Source: Promethearchaeota archaeon
GTDB lineage: Archaea; Asgardarchaeota; Lokiarchaeia; Sigyniarchaeales; SOKP01
Length of the DNA: 64,000 nucleotides
Reading direction: 5' to 3'
Assembly: GCA_016839555.1 (NCBI GenBank)
Contig: JAEOUA010000008.1
Location: 1 to 64,000, forward strand
The notes under the pieces were generated by a model. The model did no database searches and was not told the DNA's origin. It saw only the letters and a program-made list of their open reading frames with translations. Positions within the stretch are counted from its first letter, which is position 1, and the number at the start of each line of letters is the position of its first letter. Of this stretch, positions 62,354 to 64,000 are shown piece by piece. A program made the translations under genes and the position numbers.

Positions 62354-62773
62354 ATGCAATTTGAAAAAATTATTTCAGCAATAAAAGATAAAGTCTCGGA
62401 GAAGGATGAGATTATTGCTGCATATCTGTTTGGATCTTCTTTACATAATAAAGAATATGAAGATATAGATATTGGAATTCTTTTAGATGAATCTTTTAAA
62501 CCCGATTATTTATATGAAATAAATTTAACCAAGATTTTAGAGGAATATTTTAAAAACAAATTGAATAATTACATTCAATTCGATATTCATATTCTGAACA
62601 ATCAAAATCTGAGATTCCTCTTTGGTATTCTACAGAATGCAATGTTAATAATATCTAAGAATGATAAAAAAAGAGCGAAATTCGAATCTCAAGTTATTAT
62701 TCGTTATTTGGATATTAAACCTCTTTATGAATATTATGATAAGATGAGGAAATTACGATATGCAAATCGATAA
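62354..62773 (+). CDS. MNT nucleotidyltransferase antitoxin
   Basis: AAYLFGS...DIDIGIL. Confidence 0.88.
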   Translation: MQFEKIISAIKDKVSEKDEIIAAYLFGSSLHNKEYEDIDIGILLDESFKPDYLYEINLTKILEEYFKNKLNNYIQFDIHILNNQNLRFLFGILQNAMLIISKNDKKRAKFESQVIIRYLDIKPLYEYYDKMRKLRYANR

Positions 62774-63176
62774 AAATCTTATTCAAGGAAAAATTGATGT
62801 CATAGAAAGAGACTTAAAATTTCTTAAAGGATATAAAAAGTTATCGATTAAAGAGTTTTTAAATAATTTTAAAGATATCCAAGCTGTTAAATACTCACTA
62901 TTAGAAATAATTGAAGCTTGTATTGATATTGGTGCTCATCTGATATCTATTTATAATTTAGAGAGACCAAAGACTTATGCCGAAATATTTGAACTTTTAG
63001 GGCAAAACGAAATAATAAATTTAAAATTAAGTAAAAATTTGACAAATATGGCTCGATTTAGGAATGTTTTAGTCCATATTTATAATAAAGTAAACGATTC
63101 AAAAATCTTAGAATATGTTAAAAAGGATTTAGAGAATGTTAAAGATTTTATTAAATCTGTACTCGTTCTTAGTTAA
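62760..63176 (+). CDS. HEPN (DUF86) RNase toxin
   Basis: IEACIDIG, FRNVLVHIY (RX4H motif); overlaps the MNT gene. Confidence 0.9.
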   Translation: MQIDKNLIQGKIDVIERDLKFLKGYKKLSIKEFLNNFKDIQAVKYSLLEIIEACIDIGAHLISIYNLERPKTYAEIFELLGQNEIINLKLSKNLTNMARFRNVLVHIYNKVNDSKILEYVKKDLENVKDFIKSVLVLS

Positions 63177-63258
63177 TTAAATTTAAATCTAGATTATTAA
63201 ATATTAATTATAATTTTTTAATGTAATTGAAACCAGATATTATTTATCGAGTTAGAAA

Positions 63259-63999
63259 TTAAAGTTGTTTTAGTGCTTGATCCAAGTCCTCAATTAAGTC
63301 TTGCGGATCTTCTAATCCGACGGATAATCGGAAATGAGTATCAGAAATATTCATTGAGCGTTTTTCCCAAGATGCAAGGTCTATTCCTGTCATTAATGAG
63401 GTATATTCTATTAATGAAGTGGTATCTCCAAGAGAAACTCCCACTTTAATTTGATCCAAAAGTTCAATGAATTTATTACTCTTTTCAATAGATTCCAGCT
63501 CGAAACCAATCATACCGCCGAAATTTTTCATTTGTTTTTGCGCAATCTGATGATGAGGATGAGATTTTAATCCCGGATAAACCGTGTTATATACTTTTTC
63601 ATGATTGTCCAAATATTGTGCAATTTTCATAGCATTTGAACTATGCCGTTTCATTCTCATTCCAAGGGTTCTTACCCCTCTTAAAATCAACCACGCATTA
63701 AAAGGACTTAATACAGCTCCTTGAGTTTCTAACCAATAATATCTGATGTCTCTCAAAACTTTTTTAGGGCCTAAAATGGCACCCCCTAAACAATCCCCAT
63801 GTCCATTGATATATTTTGTAAGACTTTCTACAACGAGATCAGCACCTAATTTTATAGGTTGTTGTAAAGCAGGAGATGCCCATGTATTATCAACGATACA
63901 CTTTCCATTATTTTCATGAATTATATTTGCACAAGCCTTAATATCAATAATATCAACGGTTGGATTTGCAGGAGTTTCAACGAATAAAAGCTTTGTATT
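63259..63999 (-). CDS. Cys/Met metabolism PLP enzyme (methionine gamma-lyase/cystathionine gamma-lyase family), 5'-truncated by the window edge
   Basis: Frame open to the window end: LLFVETPANPT, VDNTWASP, ESLTKYINGHGD, VSLGDTTSLI, RLSVGLED. Confidence 0.92.
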   Translation of the reverse strand, partial: NTKLLFVETPANPTVDIIDIKACANIIHENNGKCIVDNTWASPALQQPIKLGADLVVESLTKYINGHGDCLGGAILGPKKVLRDIRYYWLETQGAVLSPFNAWLILRGVRTLGMRMKRHSSNAMKIAQYLDNHEKVYNTVYPGLKSHPHHQIAQKQMKNFGGMIGFELESIEKSNKFIELLDQIKVGVSLGDTTSLIEYTSLMTGIDLASWEKRSMNISDTHFRLSVGLEDPQDLIEDLDQALKQL

Positions 64000-64000
64000 T

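Noticed and set aside
1-64000. CRISPR arrays, rRNA, IS elements, integrases
   Set aside because: No regularly spaced short repeats, rRNA-like sequence, or transposase/integrase motifs seen; the only periodic repeats are intragenic

Overview
AT-rich archaeal chromosome segment whose gene content points to an Asgard archaeon, probably Lokiarchaeia. Indicators are TFB, the PolB2 cassette, an intron-containing tRNA, longin/LRR/beta-propeller proteins and a eukaryote-type SECIS. The ORF track misses or splits several genes. (1) A selenoprotein operon hdrA-mvhD carries four in-frame UGA codons at conserved Cys positions and a single eukaryote-like SECIS after mvhD. (2) tRNA-Cys(GCA) with a 26-nt intron lies next to cysS. 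(3) Several genes appear to start at ATT/ATC/ATA behind strong Shine-Dalgarno motifs, and there are unannotated microproteins. The candidate novel systems are inferred from motifs only. One is a locus with two paralogous cytoplasmic beta-sandwich proteins resembling adaptin/delta-COP mu-homology domains (one fused to an ArdC-like module), a tail-anchored microprotein and a convergent helical-repeat + beta-propeller protein, together suggesting a coat-like system. Another is the 3' end of a giant gene with a GC-discordant C-terminal HTH/Zn-ribbon/nuclease tip, like a polymorphic toxin. There is also a TrmB-like regulator with ~900 aa of helical insert. The rest is housekeeping, redox, transport and toxin-antitoxin genes. 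No rRNA, CRISPR array or transposase was seen.
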